From contig JBMNJR010000003.1 in NCBI GenBank assembly GCA_050951765.1, positions 188 through 64,187 of the forward strand: 64,000 nt of DNA, written 5' to 3'. The notes beneath the pieces are model-generated. The model did no database searches and was not told the DNA's origin. It was given only the letters and a program-made list of their open reading frames with translations. Source of the stretch: a bacterium. Lineage in GTDB: Bacteria; Bacillota; DTU030; JBMNJR01. Shown here piece after piece: positions 37,592-48,486 of the stretch (position 1 is the stretch's first letter; the number at the start of each line of letters is the position of its first letter). The position numbers were made by a program, and so were the translations under genes.

Positions 37592-37960
37592 CTATTCAAC
37601 CTCCTCCCTGAGTTGGTAAGCTTCTTCCTCTGTATTATAAATCGGAATAATCCGATCAACCCCTGACAATTCCAGCAACCTGCGAACCTGAGAAGCAGGT
37701 GTCGTTAATATAAATTGCCCTGGCTGTTCACAAAAGCGTCGATACCTCCCCAAGATTAAACCGAGCCCCGAACTGTCCATAAAGGGAACACCGGCTAAAT
37801 TTAACAGTAGTGTCTTACCTACTGCTTGCGCAATTGCCTTATCTATCACTTCTCTAACTTTACCTACTGTATGATAATCTAACTCCCCATACAGCCTAAC
37901 GGTAAGCATATGATTTCCTTCTTGCAGCTCGATCTTCACAAAGAAGCACCCTCCTTCCAA
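37592..37960 (-). CDS. spoIIAA: Anti-sigma F factor antagonist (STAS domain)
   Basis: LTVRLYGELDYHTVGKVREVID...LLNLAGVPFMDSSGLGLILGRYRR includes the phosphorylatable Ser motif DSSG. Confidence 0.9.
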   Translation of the reverse strand: MEGGCFFVKIELQEGNHMLTVRLYGELDYHTVGKVREVIDKAIAQAVGKTLLLNLAGVPFMDSSGLGLILGRYRRFCEQPGQFILTTPASQVRRLLELSGVDRIIPIYNTEEEAYQLREEVE

Positions 37961-38167
37961 TCACTTTCCTTTTTTTGGAATTCTACCTTTCTAAGAAAAC
38001 TCCTGCTACAAAAAATAAAAAACCCCACCGGCGCAGTGGAGTTGAAAATTTAATAGTTAGGCTCGCAAACAGCTACGCCACATCATGTATAGTTGACGCC
38101 CATTGGCAAATAATCCAACTACATATCTGTGAATACTCGATAAAGTAGGGATTAATAAACTAAATCC

Positions 38168-39337
38168 CTAGCGGCTAAAACGAAACCAATTCCGAAACAG
38201 ATACCAAGAATTCAAAATCGGATTACTTTTGGCTACACTTGCTGCCGTAACCAAGTCAACCTTACCAATCATATTTCCTTCTTGCCATATTTGCGCTTCA
38301 CCGCACTTATACCCTGCTTCTACAGGGGCTGTTAGTGCGTCACAATCAAGATTAACTTTAGTTTCAAACTCTATTTGTCCTTTCCGTAAAGTAATATAAA
38401 GATCTGTAGCTGCCATTATTGGTACCTCTTGTTCCTTGCCTTTATTAACAGGCAGCAATTCAAATACTTGCCCCCTGGAGATTACTCGTTCCGAAATATA
38501 ATTGGCAAACCCATGTTGAAACAGCTCTATAGTTTCGGAAAAATGACCATTGGCAGCCTGACAATTCATCACAACACTGATCAGCCGCAGTCCATCCCTT
38601 TTGGCTGTTGCTGCTAAACAATAACCGGCCTCTTCTGTCCACCCGGTTTTAAAACCATCTACGCCATCGTACCAAACCAGCAACTTATTGGTATTCCAGA
38701 GGTCTAAAGGTCGCGGATCAGGGCGAAATTGGGGATATTCATAAATAGAAGTAAATTCCAATAATTTAGGACAATTAAGGGCAGTACGACACAAAATGGC
38801 GGTATCATAGGCACTCATATAATGATTCTCTACAGGAAGGCCATGGCTATTGACAAAATTAGTATCTTTCATCCCTATCTCCCGTGCCCGTTGATTCATC
38901 ATTTCAACGAATTTTTGCTCGCTACCGGCGATATGTTCTGCAACCGCTATACAGGCATCATTAGCAGAGGCTACTGCTATGGCAATCAGCAACTGTTCTA
39001 AAGGCCATACTTCACCGGGCTCAAGCCACACTTGGGTACCAACTATATTTCTGGTATTTTCGCTGATTAAAACTTGATCCTGTAAATTAACCTTCCCCGT
39101 CTCCAATCCTTCAACAGCTAACAACAGTGTCATTATCTTAGTCATACTGGCAGGAGGCCTAGGAGTATTAGGGTCTTTGGCGAACAAAATATTTCCAGAA
39201 TTTGCATCCATTAATATTGCGCTAGCAGCTTCAGTTTCCAGCTCCTGCCCCCAGGCCGGTATTACTGCCGATAGTAGCCAGAAAACACACAAAAGCAAAA
39301 CCACTATTTTCTTTTTTAACCCCTTACACCACCCCAT
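38168..39337 (-). CDS. dacF: Sporulation D-alanyl-D-alanine carboxypeptidase (PBP5-like)
   Basis: Signal peptide, SMTKIMT (SxxK), SGN-like and KTG (FKTGWT) motifs; located immediately upstream of spoIIAA, as dacF is in Bacilli. Confidence 0.8.
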   Translation of the reverse strand: MGWCKGLKKKIVVLLLCVFWLLSAVIPAWGQELETEAASAILMDANSGNILFAKDPNTPRPPASMTKIMTLLLAVEGLETGKVNLQDQVLISENTRNIVGTQVWLEPGEVWPLEQLLIAIAVASANDACIAVAEHIAGSEQKFVEMMNQRAREIGMKDTNFVNSHGLPVENHYMSAYDTAILCRTALNCPKLLEFTSIYEYPQFRPDPRPLDLWNTNKLLVWYDGVDGFKTGWTEEAGYCLAATAKRDGLRLISVVMNCQAANGHFSETIELFQHGFANYISERVISRGQVFELLPVNKGKEQEVPIMAATDLYITLRKGQIEFETKVNLDCDALTAPVEAGYKCGEAQIWQEGNMIGKVDLVTAASVAKSNPILNSWYLFRNWFRFSR

Positions 39338-39367
39338 AATTATTTCCCCCCTTCCTTACCTTAATAT

Positions 39368-39400
39368 GAAAGGGAAGGCCAGTTTATGACCTTCCCTGCT
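39368..39400 (-). terminator. Stem-loop after punA
   Basis: AGCAGGGAAGG-tcataaactgg-CCTTCCCTTTCATATT on the minus strand; the U-tract is weak. Confidence 0.35.
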
Positions 39401-39430
39401 TTAATCTTTCATAACGAATGACAATTTAAA

Positions 39431-40252
39431 TTATATTGCTTCAACAATCGCCTTAAGTAAAAGCTGTAAAGAAGCGCATGCTTTTCTGGCAACATCTATT
39501 ACTTGCATATGATTTATATTATGCGGCTGATGTCCCACAGCCATATTGGTGATACATGAAATACCCAAAACCCTCATCCCCATATGATTGGCAACAATCA
39601 CTTCCGGAACTGTCGACATGCCGACGGCATCTGCCCCAATTTGGGCAAAGAAAGCCAACTCTGCCGGCGTTTCAAAACTTGGCCCTGTTACGCCTATATA
39701 TACGCCTTTCTTAATCTCAATACCCACTTCTTGAGATTTCCTCAACGCCAAAAGTTGTAAATCTTCATTATAAGCAGCACTCATATCAGGAAAACGCGGC
39801 CCCAGTTCCGGATCATTAAACCCAATTAAAGGATTATTCCCCATAAAATTAATATGATCTTTGATCAGCATTAAATCACCGGGGGAAAATGCAGGATTAA
39901 TTCCTCCGGCAGCATTTGTAATCAGCAATTTATTAATCCCTAAAGCTCCCATTACTCTGATGGGAAAAGTAAGCTCCTGCATGGAATAACCTTCATAATA
40001 ATGACATCTTCCCTGTAAAACTAAAACCTCTTTATCGCCTAATTTACCGCAAATCAAATTGCCAGCATGACTTTCTACCATTGATTGCGGGAAATGCGGA
40101 ATACATTTATAAGGTATAACAACTTGTTCCCTTACCTCAGCGGCTAGTTCGCCTAAACCTGTCCCGAGGATCATTCCTATTTGTGCAGGGTTGACAATTC
40201 GCTGGCGCAAGTAATTAACGGTTTCTTCCATATTAGCACGAAAATTATCCAC
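39431..40252 (-). CDS. punA: Purine nucleoside phosphorylase, PNP family 2
   Basis: MDNFRANMEETVNYLRQRIVNPAQIGMILGTGLG...GRCHYYEGY... is the PNP-I signature. Confidence 0.85.
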   Translation of the reverse strand: MDNFRANMEETVNYLRQRIVNPAQIGMILGTGLGELAAEVREQVVIPYKCIPHFPQSMVESHAGNLICGKLGDKEVLVLQGRCHYYEGYSMQELTFPIRVMGALGINKLLITNAAGGINPAFSPGDLMLIKDHINFMGNNPLIGFNDPELGPRFPDMSAAYNEDLQLLALRKSQEVGIEIKKGVYIGVTGPSFETPAELAFFAQIGADAVGMSTVPEVIVANHMGMRVLGISCITNMAVGHQPHNINHMQVIDVARKACASLQLLLKAIVEAI

Positions 40253-41444
40253 CTCTAACTTCCTCCTTTGACCTTATTAACTCATCGGCAAAACTAGTTC
40301 CCGGTCCATGCCACTGAATATTGAACAAACATGCAATTGTGGCCGCAACATCGGCAAATGTCTTGCGTGTGCCTAAATTAATAGACCTGCAACCAGTTCC
40401 AGCAATCAAAAGCGGCACATATTCCCGGGTATGATCTGTACCACTTATGGTCGGATCACATCCGTGATCTGCGGTAATAATTAACAGAGCCTTTGCAGCC
40501 ATTGCCCTTTGCAATTCCGGTAAAAAACAATCAAATTCTACCAGAGCTTGCCCATAACCAAAAGGATCGTTGCGATGCCCATAATTCATATCAAAATCCA
40601 CCAGATTAACAAAAAGCAGTCCACTATTACATTCCTTAATAATCTCTAAAGTTTTAGCCATACCATCTTTATTATTACTAGTTGTGACAGAATAATCAAG
40701 GCCACGCCCGGCAAAAATATCACCTATTTTTCCAATCCCAATCACTGTTTGCCGCTGTTCTTGCAAGCGATCCAAGATAGTCTTTACCGGCGGTTCTAAA
40801 GCAAAATCCTTTCGGTGAGCAGTCCGCTGAAAGTGACCCGGTGTGCCGCGAAAAGGCCTGGCGATCACCCTGCCAACTGCGTGCTTTCCTTGTAGAATCT
40901 CCCTGGCGATGCAGCATATTTTATAAAGCTCATCAGTTGATATCACGCTTTCGTGGGCGGCAATTTGCATTACACTATCACCGGAGGTATAAACAATTAG
41001 CTTACCGGTGCGCAAATGTTCCTTACCTAAACGTTCAATTATTTCCATACCCGATGCATTAACATTGCCAAACAATTTATGGCCTGTGGACTTTTCTATG
41101 GCAGAAATTATCTCTTCAGGAAAACCTTGCGGATAGAGCGGAAAAGGATTTGCTAAAACTACTCCCGCCAATTCCCAATGACCGGTAATGGTGTCTTTGC
41201 CGGCAGAAGCAGGCTGCATTCGCCCCCACCCTCCTATTGGAGAAGGAACCGGTGGTACACCGGCTACAGGTACAAGATTACCTAATCCCATTTTCTCTAG
41301 GTGCGGCAGTTTAAGCCCGCCTACAGCTCTTGCCACATTGCCCAATGTATTGCTACCGGCATCGCCGTAATCCTTGGCATCAGGTGCAGCACCGATACCG
41401 AGGCTGTCAAGGACAATAATTATTACCCTTTCTACCTGTTGCAA
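40245..41444 (-). CDS. deoB: Phosphopentomutase
   Basis: RVIIIVLDSLGIGAAPDAKDYGDAGSNTLGNV is the canonical DeoB metal-binding N-terminus; 399 aa. Confidence 0.9.
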   Translation of the reverse strand: MQQVERVIIIVLDSLGIGAAPDAKDYGDAGSNTLGNVARAVGGLKLPHLEKMGLGNLVPVAGVPPVPSPIGGWGRMQPASAGKDTITGHWELAGVVLANPFPLYPQGFPEEIISAIEKSTGHKLFGNVNASGMEIIERLGKEHLRTGKLIVYTSGDSVMQIAAHESVISTDELYKICCIAREILQGKHAVGRVIARPFRGTPGHFQRTAHRKDFALEPPVKTILDRLQEQRQTVIGIGKIGDIFAGRGLDYSVTTSNNKDGMAKTLEIIKECNSGLLFVNLVDFDMNYGHRNDPFGYGQALVEFDCFLPELQRAMAAKALLIITADHGCDPTISGTDHTREYVPLLIAGTGCRSINLGTRKTFADVAATIACLFNIQWHGPGTSFADELIRSKEEVRGG

Positions 41445-41512
41445 AACAATATCACCTCTTGATCACATCACTACATACAACTAATAAAGGCCTCTATTTT
41501 TTTGCAGTTTAT

Positions 41513-42403
41513 CTAAGCCCGGGGATGAAATTGCTGATAGATCTCCCATAAACGCTGCTTGCTTAAATGAGTGTAAATCTGCGTCGTAGAAATATCAACA
41601 TGCCCCAATAATTCCTGGACAACCCGCAAATCCGCACCATTGTCTAATAAATGCGTGGCAAAAGAATGTCTTAATGTATGGGGGCTTATTTCCTTTTTAA
41701 TCCCTGCCTTTTGGGCATATTTTTTTATTAACTGCCATATTGCCTGGCGAGTTATCCGGTTTCCGCGGGCATTAAGAAAAAAAGCCTTGCCGGAAGCAGA
41801 ACTAACCAGATGAGGATATCCGGATCGTAGATAACCTGTTAAAGCCAATAAAGCTTTTTTACCAATAGGGACAATCCGCTCTTTTCCTCCTTTGCCTAAA
41901 CAACGAACATAACCTAAGGGGAAATTAATACTGCCCTTATCCAACAGCACAAGTTCCGACACCCTTAAACCGGCGGCATACAGAAGTTCCAGCATCGCCC
42001 GATCACGAAAGGCCGTAGGCGATGCCCCTTGCGGTTGCGTTAATAGTTTTTCTACTTCTTCCAGGGTCAATACCTGTGGCAATGTTCTGCTTCGTTTGAG
42101 TGAGGATAAAAGATGAGTCGGATTGGTGCCGATTAACTGTTCTTTATAGAGATAATTATAAAAAGCCTTTATGGCAGCCTTTTTACGGGCAATGGTTGAA
42201 TCAGCTAATCCAGCACGCTTTAAGGAAAGAAGATAACCGGTCAAAAGGGTATGATTGACCAGTAATACAGAAATCCTTTCCTCAATAAAGGAAAAAAAAT
42301 CGGTAATATCAATGTTATAGGCAGCAACAGTATTCTCGGCCAAGCCCTTTTCTACCCTTAAATAAGCAAGGAAAGCATCAAGCAAGAATTGTTTGTCTTC
42401 CTT
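41513..42403 (-). CDS. xerD: Site-specific tyrosine recombinase XerD
   Basis: LDAFLAYLRVEKGLAENTVAAYNIDI..., the R...HxxR...Y catalytic residues (HTLRHSFATHLL, IYTH). The start was set at MKEDKQ. Confidence 0.85.
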   Translation of the reverse strand, partial: KEDKQFLLDAFLAYLRVEKGLAENTVAAYNIDITDFFSFIEERISVLLVNHTLLTGYLLSLKRAGLADSTIARKKAAIKAFYNYLYKEQLIGTNPTHLLSSLKRSRTLPQVLTLEEVEKLLTQPQGASPTAFRDRAMLELLYAAGLRVSELVLLDKGSINFPLGYVRCLGKGGKERIVPIGKKALLALTGYLRSGYPHLVSSASGKAFFLNARGNRITRQAIWQLIKKYAQKAGIKKEISPHTLRHSFATHLLDNGADLRVVQELLGHVDISTTQIYTHLSKQRLWEIYQQFHPRA

Positions 42404-42609
42404 CATCACACCCACCCAATTTCAAATATCTTATATCTTATTCTCCTTTGACACTCCACTGTAATTTCCACATTTTTAAATAAAATCCTTTTCTTGCGGA
42501 AAGATTTCTCCGGTAACTGCCGCGGTTAATAAACTCATGCCACCCTACGACAGCAGCAGGGGGTAAAATTGTACTGCAGCATTATACAGAGAAGTGGAAG
42601 TGCATAAAT

Positions 42610-42640
42610 AGAAAAAATCCCGGTACCAAGACTGGGATCA
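42610..42640 (-). terminator. Stem-loop with U-tract after spoIIM
   Basis: Minus strand GATCCCAGTCTTGGTACCGGGATTTTTTCTATTT. Confidence 0.4.
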
Positions 42641-42686
42641 TCTACAGATTTATACCTTTGGATTCTCAGGTATTTAAAGTACAAAA

Positions 42687-43337
42687 TCAAAATACCCACT
42701 TGCTGACCAAACCGATAAAAACCGGACTAATATAAATTTCTACTAAGGAGGCCAATATGCCCATTCCGGCTGCCAGTAAGGCCAAACAACTATACCCAAA
42801 AACCTGTTGCGGATATACATGCACATTGTGTCTGAGCAAGCGGCTTCTAATGATAGCCAAGGAAAATGAAATAGCTGCTACTGACATAACCACCAGCGCC
42901 GGGATTAAAAATAAGCTGGGGGGAAGTACAGAGGCAATACTAAAAAAAACCCCCTTAAAACCAATTTCATAAACAAGAAAACCAACAGTAAATCCCAAAG
43001 CAAAGCCTTTAGTGAAGACCATTACTAAAACTAATGGCAAACCGATCACTATTAAACCAAAGCACCAAATTAAACCAATTGTCTGCAAATTATCTATGAT
43101 GGAATTATGCAATAAAGAATCTGTCTTAGCCAGCAAAGGATTCATTCCTTGGATAAATACCTCTAAGTACGAAAACAATTCGGTCTTTTGTTGGCTGTTA
43201 AGAGCCTTGACTGCCAGGGCGCCAAAGATGATTCCCATAAGAAACAACAAGATAACAAAAAGATAAACTCCCAAGTTTTCCCGTAGGTATTCTTGGAAGA
43301 ATTCTCTAACTTGTCCCCTGCGGTACATTAGACACAC
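42687..43337 (-). CDS. spoIIM: Stage II sporulation protein M
   Basis: 216-aa polytopic membrane protein with a SpoIIM-family N-terminus (FFQEYLRENLGVYLFVILLFLMGIIFGALAV). xerD lies downstream as in Bacilli, but fur is absent. Confidence 0.75.
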   Translation of the reverse strand: MCLMYRRGQVREFFQEYLRENLGVYLFVILLFLMGIIFGALAVKALNSQQKTELFSYLEVFIQGMNPLLAKTDSLLHNSIIDNLQTIGLIWCFGLIVIGLPLVLVMVFTKGFALGFTVGFLVYEIGFKGVFFSIASVLPPSLFLIPALVVMSVAAISFSLAIIRSRLLRHNVHVYPQQVFGYSCLALLAAGMGILASLVEIYISPVFIGLVSKWVF

Positions 43338-43398
43338 CCCCTGGCTTAAACTTCTCTAATAACTATGAGCGCCGCAGGAATAATATACCTGTTGAGTA

Positions 43399-43926
43399 TT
43401 AATTACCTTCCAACTTAGCCCACAAAAAAAGACCAATAATAGTTTTCCCATCTCTTATTTCTCCCGCAGATAATTTTGCTAAGGCTTCCGCAAAAGGCAT
43501 TACCCGGATATTAATCTCCTCGTCAGCCTCCAGGTGTTGTTCACCTGCCTGTAATTCCCGTGCCAAATATAGATGTACAATTTCATTGGAAAAACCGGGG
43601 CTAGTATAAAAACTAAACACCTTTTCCCAACTTGCTGCCCGGAATCCTGTTTCCTCCCATAACTCCCTTATTGCACATTGCCGGGGATCTTCGCCGGGCT
43701 CTAGCTTCCCCGCCGGTATTTCCCACATATCTTCATCCGGAGCCTTTCGATATTGGCGGATGAGTACAATTTCCTTTTTGTCAGTAAGGGCAACAATGGC
43801 CACTGCGCCGGGATGTTCTACTATTTCCCTGGTAGCCCTTTTACCATGTGAGAGTTCAACCTCATCAACCCGCAAGTTAATTATTTTGCCGGAAAAAATT
43901 TTTCGGCTTAATAATGTCTTTTCCAT
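43399..43926 (-). CDS. nudF: ADP-ribose pyrophosphatase (NUDIX hydrolase)
   Basis: Nudix box GKLEPGEDPRQCAIRELWEETGF. Confidence 0.75.
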   Translation of the reverse strand: MEKTLLSRKIFSGKIINLRVDEVELSHGKRATREIVEHPGAVAIVALTDKKEIVLIRQYRKAPDEDMWEIPAGKLEPGEDPRQCAIRELWEETGFRAASWEKVFSFYTSPGFSNEIVHLYLARELQAGEQHLEADEEINIRVMPFAEALAKLSAGEIRDGKTIIGLFLWAKLEGN

Positions 43927-44137
43927 GCAGAATACACCTCCTATGTTAATTGTATAATAACGGCTCCTTTTTCATAAAATATGGTATGTATATATAGCCA
44001 TTATCTTAGAAAATAATAAAATTGTCCAGGCATTAAGCGAATCCTTAAAGAGGTGAGTAATTTGCACATTGCCCTCACTGCCACCGGTCTCTTTATTACC
44101 GGAACCAGGAAAGAAGTACTGCGGCAATTGGCATTAT

Positions 44138-45280
44138 TTAATCGGCATTATCTAACTTTGGGTGAACTTCTTTGGCATGAACATTATAGAACTCCCCCGC
44201 AATAACGCCCGCTGCCGCTGCCGCTAAAAAGTAATATTCTTCCTCCTCAAATCCTCGCCCCATGGTAGTTAACTCTATATTCCTCTCCCCAAGTATTTCT
44301 ATAGACACAGCCCCATCGACCATCATAATTTTATGTTGTCCCCAAACCCCGGCGGATTTTAATTGAGCACGGATTCTATCATATAACTGCCGCCTAAGCA
44401 AAGGTAGGGCAATAATTGCCGGGCGCAGGGCTATCCTGCCTAAGGCAGTTAACGAGTGATGGCTAACCCCTTGATGCCGCGCCCTACAATCGGCAAAATT
44501 AAGCCGGGGCACTACAATTGGTTGTCCGCCTAAAATCGATATAGCATTAATTATTTCACCCAATTCCATTGCCGTTGAGCCAAACTTTGTGCCCGTGCCG
44601 ACTATTCCTGGACCCATAGCCACAATCATTACATCAGCGCCCAGCACATGATCCGCAGCCAATAGCCCGCTATAGAGATTAACCGCCTCCAGATCGCCGC
44701 CAAAAGCATGTCCGATGGTTATTGTTCCATCCAGTAAATTATTTTCCCTTAGCCGAAAAACCAGTTTACTTAATTCAATGGGCAGTGCAGCGCCATCGGT
44801 CATCAGATAGACAATCTTTGCTTGCCCTTTAGTTGTCCTCTTTATTGCAGCGGCAACTGCCGGCAGTATGCTATGCAAAGAACCGCAAACTATGGGTAGT
44901 AAGCTGCGCAGCTTTTCCGCTTGCGCCATAACCTGATGATAAGGGCTGTCTTGTTCTTCCACTGCCAAACAGGCGAACTGCAGAGGGGTATAACGCAGTT
45001 TCATGATATGACCTGGTTTATTTATTTCTACCTTTTCATGTCCTATGACATGAATGATATAATGATACCCTCCTGTACCCAAACCAAGAAAATCGGCAGT
45101 AGTATTTAAGACCACCTGATGTCCTGGAAGAACACGACCGGTAAACAGTTCATAATTCAAAGCTCTTTGCACTTTACCTGCCACCAGCACAAAAACCTCT
45201 CTTGCTCTGTTGCGTTTAGCACCTAATGCTACCACAGTACCAAGGTCTTTACAAAGCACTGCCGTACCTCCCCAAGCCAA
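44138..45280 (-). CDS. Conserved hypothetical protein (DUF3866-like), 380 aa
   Basis: Gly-rich, possibly nucleotide-binding stretches (MIVAMGPGIVGTGTKFGS). The DUF3866 family assignment is from memory and is uncertain. Confidence 0.4.
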   Translation of the reverse strand: MAWGGTAVLCKDLGTVVALGAKRNRAREVFVLVAGKVQRALNYELFTGRVLPGHQVVLNTTADFLGLGTGGYHYIIHVIGHEKVEINKPGHIMKLRYTPLQFACLAVEEQDSPYHQVMAQAEKLRSLLPIVCGSLHSILPAVAAAIKRTTKGQAKIVYLMTDGAALPIELSKLVFRLRENNLLDGTITIGHAFGGDLEAVNLYSGLLAADHVLGADVMIVAMGPGIVGTGTKFGSTAMELGEIINAISILGGQPIVVPRLNFADCRARHQGVSHHSLTALGRIALRPAIIALPLLRRQLYDRIRAQLKSAGVWGQHKIMMVDGAVSIEILGERNIELTTMGRGFEEEEYYFLAAAAAGVIAGEFYNVHAKEVHPKLDNAD

Positions 45281-45681
45281 AGAAATAATAGCTGGCGCCT
45301 TATTATTATCCGTAGATACAAAAATTTATATTAAATATCTATACGCAGATAATCTAGCGCTTGGTCACTTGTAAAACTAGTTTAGCCACTCGTCACTGGG
45401 CATCTCCACTCATTTTTAGGTTAGAGGTGGAAAGGTTAGCTTGGTAGAAAGCAAACAGAAAAAAGTTAATAATTATCAGATTTATATATTTATTTATCCC
45501 TATATTTAGCAATTATCGTTGAAATTGCCGGACTATCGCAATAAAACTCCAAAATAGTGAGATATTAAACGAATTTTTCCCACAATCTCTAAATATGAGA
45601 ATCTTTCTTCACTTTGCTTACTAGACATTCAATTTATTTTCATGTATGATAATTAAATATATGAAAGGAGGGATTTGCTTA

Positions 45682-47103
45682 ATGCAACAACAACTGGCAA
45701 CACAGCAAAGAGAAAATTGGGCATCCAAGTTTGGTTTCATCATGGCGGCAGCCGGCTCAGCCATCGGCCTGGGAAATATCTGGAGATTCCCTTACCTGAC
45801 CGGTGACAATGGTGGTGGTGCATTTATAGTTATTTATTTAGCTTGTGTTCTTTTTGTAGGTCTGAGTATTATGATTGCCGAGTTTGCCGTGGGAAGAAAA
45901 ACTGGTCTGGCTGCAGTGGGCGCATACAAAGCGCAGAATAAGAATTGGACCTTTGCCGGAGCATTGGGAGTTCTCAGCGGATTTTTTATCATGGGCTTTT
46001 ATCCGGTAGTAGGCGGGTGGGCATTGGCATATATGTTCAAATCTGTCACCGGCTTGTTGGCAGCTCCGGAAGCAATCGGAGACGCCTTTGGCGCCTTTAT
46101 TTCTGCTCCTGTGGAGCCGTTGATATGGATGGTTATTTACTTAGTGATTAATGTTTTTATAGTTGCCAAAGGTGTTGCCGGCGGAATTGAAAAGGCCGGT
46201 AAAATATTAATGCCTACCTTATTCCTCCTCCTTGTTTTCATTATCATTCGTAGTGTAAGTTTACCCGGTGCCAATGCAGGTCTTACATTTTTGTTTGCTC
46301 CTGATTGGTCAAAAGTCACAGGGCAGACCTTCCTCGCTGCATTGGGGCAAGCCTTTTTCTCCCTCAGTCTCGGTATGGGCTGCATGATTACTTATGGCAG
46401 CTACTTAAGCAAGAAAGAAAACTTGCCGAGCAATGCCTTGACAGTCGTCTCAATGGATACAGCTGCTGCTCTTCTAGCTGCCATTGCAATATTCCCGGCT
46501 CTATTTGCTTTCGGCATGGCCCCGGATCAAGGTCCAGGACTAGTATTTGTATTGGTACCATCTATATTCGCACAAATGGGTGCCGCAGGACCATTATTCT
46601 CAATTATATTTTTCGCAGCCTTAGCAGTTGCCGCTCTCACTTCATCGGTATCTTTATTAGAGGTAGTAGTTGCCTATTTGATCGACGAAAAAAATATGCC
46701 TAGAAAATCGGCAACTTATATTTCATCGACAATCATGGCAGTAATGTGTATTCTCTCATCCCTTTCTATGGGTACCCTGGCAGGAGTTAAGTTATTTGGG
46801 GTCGGTTTCTTTGACTTCTTTGACATATTAACCGATAAAATATTCTTAGCAATCGGCGGTATGCTCCTGGCAATTTTTGTCGGTTGGTTTATGAACAAGG
46901 AAGATTTGAAAAACGAGCTGACAAATGACGGCACTGTAGCATTTGGTTTGTTTGAATTATGGTATACTTTAATAAAATATATTATCCCGCTTCTAATTCT
47001 TATCATTGCCATTATGGGCATTCGCGCTATCGAACAAACAAGCCTGATGCTATTCGGAATTGGCATTATTATAGTCATGGCGATATTCTCCAAGAAACTA
47101 TAG
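45682..47103 (+). CDS. Sodium-dependent transporter, neurotransmitter:sodium symporter (SNF) family
   Basis: FGFIMAAAGSAIGLGNIWRFPYLTGDNGGGAFIVIYL is the signature N-terminus of the family, with 11-12 transmembrane segments. The start ATG at 45682 follows AGGAGGG. Confidence 0.85.
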   Translation: MQQQLATQQRENWASKFGFIMAAAGSAIGLGNIWRFPYLTGDNGGGAFIVIYLACVLFVGLSIMIAEFAVGRKTGLAAVGAYKAQNKNWTFAGALGVLSGFFIMGFYPVVGGWALAYMFKSVTGLLAAPEAIGDAFGAFISAPVEPLIWMVIYLVINVFIVAKGVAGGIEKAGKILMPTLFLLLVFIIIRSVSLPGANAGLTFLFAPDWSKVTGQTFLAALGQAFFSLSLGMGCMITYGSYLSKKENLPSNALTVVSMDTAAALLAAIAIFPALFAFGMAPDQGPGLVFVLVPSIFAQMGAAGPLFSIIFFAALAVAALTSSVSLLEVVVAYLIDEKNMPRKSATYISSTIMAVMCILSSLSMGTLAGVKLFGVGFFDFFDILTDKIFLAIGGMLLAIFVGWFMNKEDLKNELTNDGTVAFGLFELWYTLIKYIIPLLILIIAIMGIRAIEQTSLMLFGIGIIIVMAIFSKKL

Positions 47104-47128
47104 AGTTTCACTTATACGCCTATCTAAA

Positions 47129-47160
47129 GGTCTCGCTTTTAACGCGAGTCCTTTTTTTTG
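47129..47160 (+). terminator. Intrinsic terminator after the transporter gene; it also lies between convergent genes
   Basis: GGTCTCGCTTTTAACGCGAGTCCTTTTTTTTG. Confidence 0.5.
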
Positions 47161-47192
47161 TGTTCCCCGGGCACACAAATGAGCTGATGACT

Positions 47193-47738
47193 CTAAACAA
47201 TCCCAATAACCTCTTTTGCACCCCGTTCAATGGCTTGAATGTTAAGCGGGATTAAATTGTGCCGCCTTTCAGGTAAAACCTGCTTTAATACTTGCGCCAA
47301 TGTGGTAAATGATACTGCACTTATTAGCTGATTCAAGGCGCCTAACATCACCATATTTGCGATCCGACTATTACCCAAATCATCAGCAATTTCAGTAGCC
47401 GCAATTTGCACAACCTTTTTCTTATCCCCTGAAGGTGTATAGTCCACTAAAGACTTGTTCACAAGCAGGATTCCACCGGGACGCAAGCTATTTTCAAATT
47501 TAGTTACCGAGGGCAAATTCATGGCAATCACACAATCCGGTTGTGAAACAACCGGAGAGCCGATTTCACTATCACTTATTACAACAGTGCAATTGGCGGT
47601 ACCCCCTCGCATTTCCGGTCCATAGGCAGGCAGCCAAGATACCTCTTTCCCCTCTAACATACCTGCATAAGCTAATAATTGCCCCAAAAGCAATACTCCT
47701 TGACCTCCAAAACCGGCGCTAATTATTTCATGGCGCAT
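47193..47738 (-). CDS. 2-oxoacid:ferredoxin oxidoreductase, gamma subunit
   Basis: [26 protein letters not shown]... is typical of the pyruvate/ketoisovalerate oxidoreductase gamma family. Confidence 0.8.
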   Translation of the reverse strand: MRHEIISAGFGGQGVLLLGQLLAYAGMLEGKEVSWLPAYGPEMRGGTANCTVVISDSEIGSPVVSQPDCVIAMNLPSVTKFENSLRPGGILLVNKSLVDYTPSGDKKKVVQIAATEIADDLGNSRIANMVMLGALNQLISAVSFTTLAQVLKQVLPERRHNLIPLNIQAIERGAKEVIGIV

Positions 47739-47739
47739 A

Positions 47740-48486
47740 CTATTTCACCTCCCCAGGGACTATAAACTCACCTAAAGGAAAATAAGGGATCATATGCTCC
47801 TCTACCCATTGGAGGGCTTTTGCCGGATGCAAGCCCCAATTTGTGGGACAAGTTGATAGAACTTCCACCATGCCGAACCCTGTTCCTGCCACTTGTACTG
47901 AAAAAGCTTTTTTGATCGCCCTTTGGGCTTGTATAATATGCGCAGGGCTATTCACAGCCGCCCGCGCCAAATACTTAACCCCGGCCAAAGTGGCCAGCAT
48001 TTCCGCCATCCGCAAAGGATAACCGGCGACATTGACATTCCGTCCCGATGGCGTTGTGGCGGTAATTTGGCCTTCCAAACTGGTAGGTGCCATTTGCCCG
48101 CCAGTCATCCCATAGATGGCATTATTGACATAAATCACCGTTATCCGCTCACCGCGATTGGCAGCATGAATTATTTCAGCTGTGCCGATGGAGGCTAAAT
48201 CACCATCTCCTTGATATGTGAATACTATTCGATCCGGCAGTGCCCGTTTAATGCCGGTGGCCACTGCCGGTGCTCTGCCATGGGCGGCTTGCTGCCAATC
48301 ACATTCTAAATAGTCATAGGCAAAAACCGAACAGCCAACAGAACCTACACCAATGGTACGTTCCAGTAAGGCCAGATCATCAATTGCCTGTGCCACTAAA
48401 CGATGAATAATCCCATGGGTGCAACCGGGGCAGTAATGCATTGTAACATCGCTTAAAGCATGTGGCCGTGCAAAAACCAGTTTCAT
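47740..48486 (-). CDS. 2-oxoacid:ferredoxin oxidoreductase, beta subunit (TPP-binding)
   Basis: CPGCTHGI...GDGDL is the TPP-binding motif. Confidence 0.85.
   Translation of the reverse strand: MKLVFARPHALSDVTMHYCPGCTHGIIHRLVAQAIDDLALLERTIGVGSVGCSVFAYDYLECDWQQAAHGRAPAVATGIKRALPDRIVFTYQGDGDLASIGTAEIIHAANRGERITVIYVNNAIYGMTGGQMAPTSLEGQITATTPSGRNVNVAGYPLRMAEMLATLAGVKYLARAAVNSPAHIIQAQRAIKKAFSVQVAGTGFGMVEVLSTCPTNWGLHPAKALQWVEEHMIPYFPLGEFIVPGEVK

Noticed and set aside
42416-42686. A missing fur gene or small ORF between spoIIM and xerD.
   Set aside because: Only a 20-codon ORF with no ribosome-binding site was found. The region is better explained by the spoIIM terminator plus the xerD promoter.
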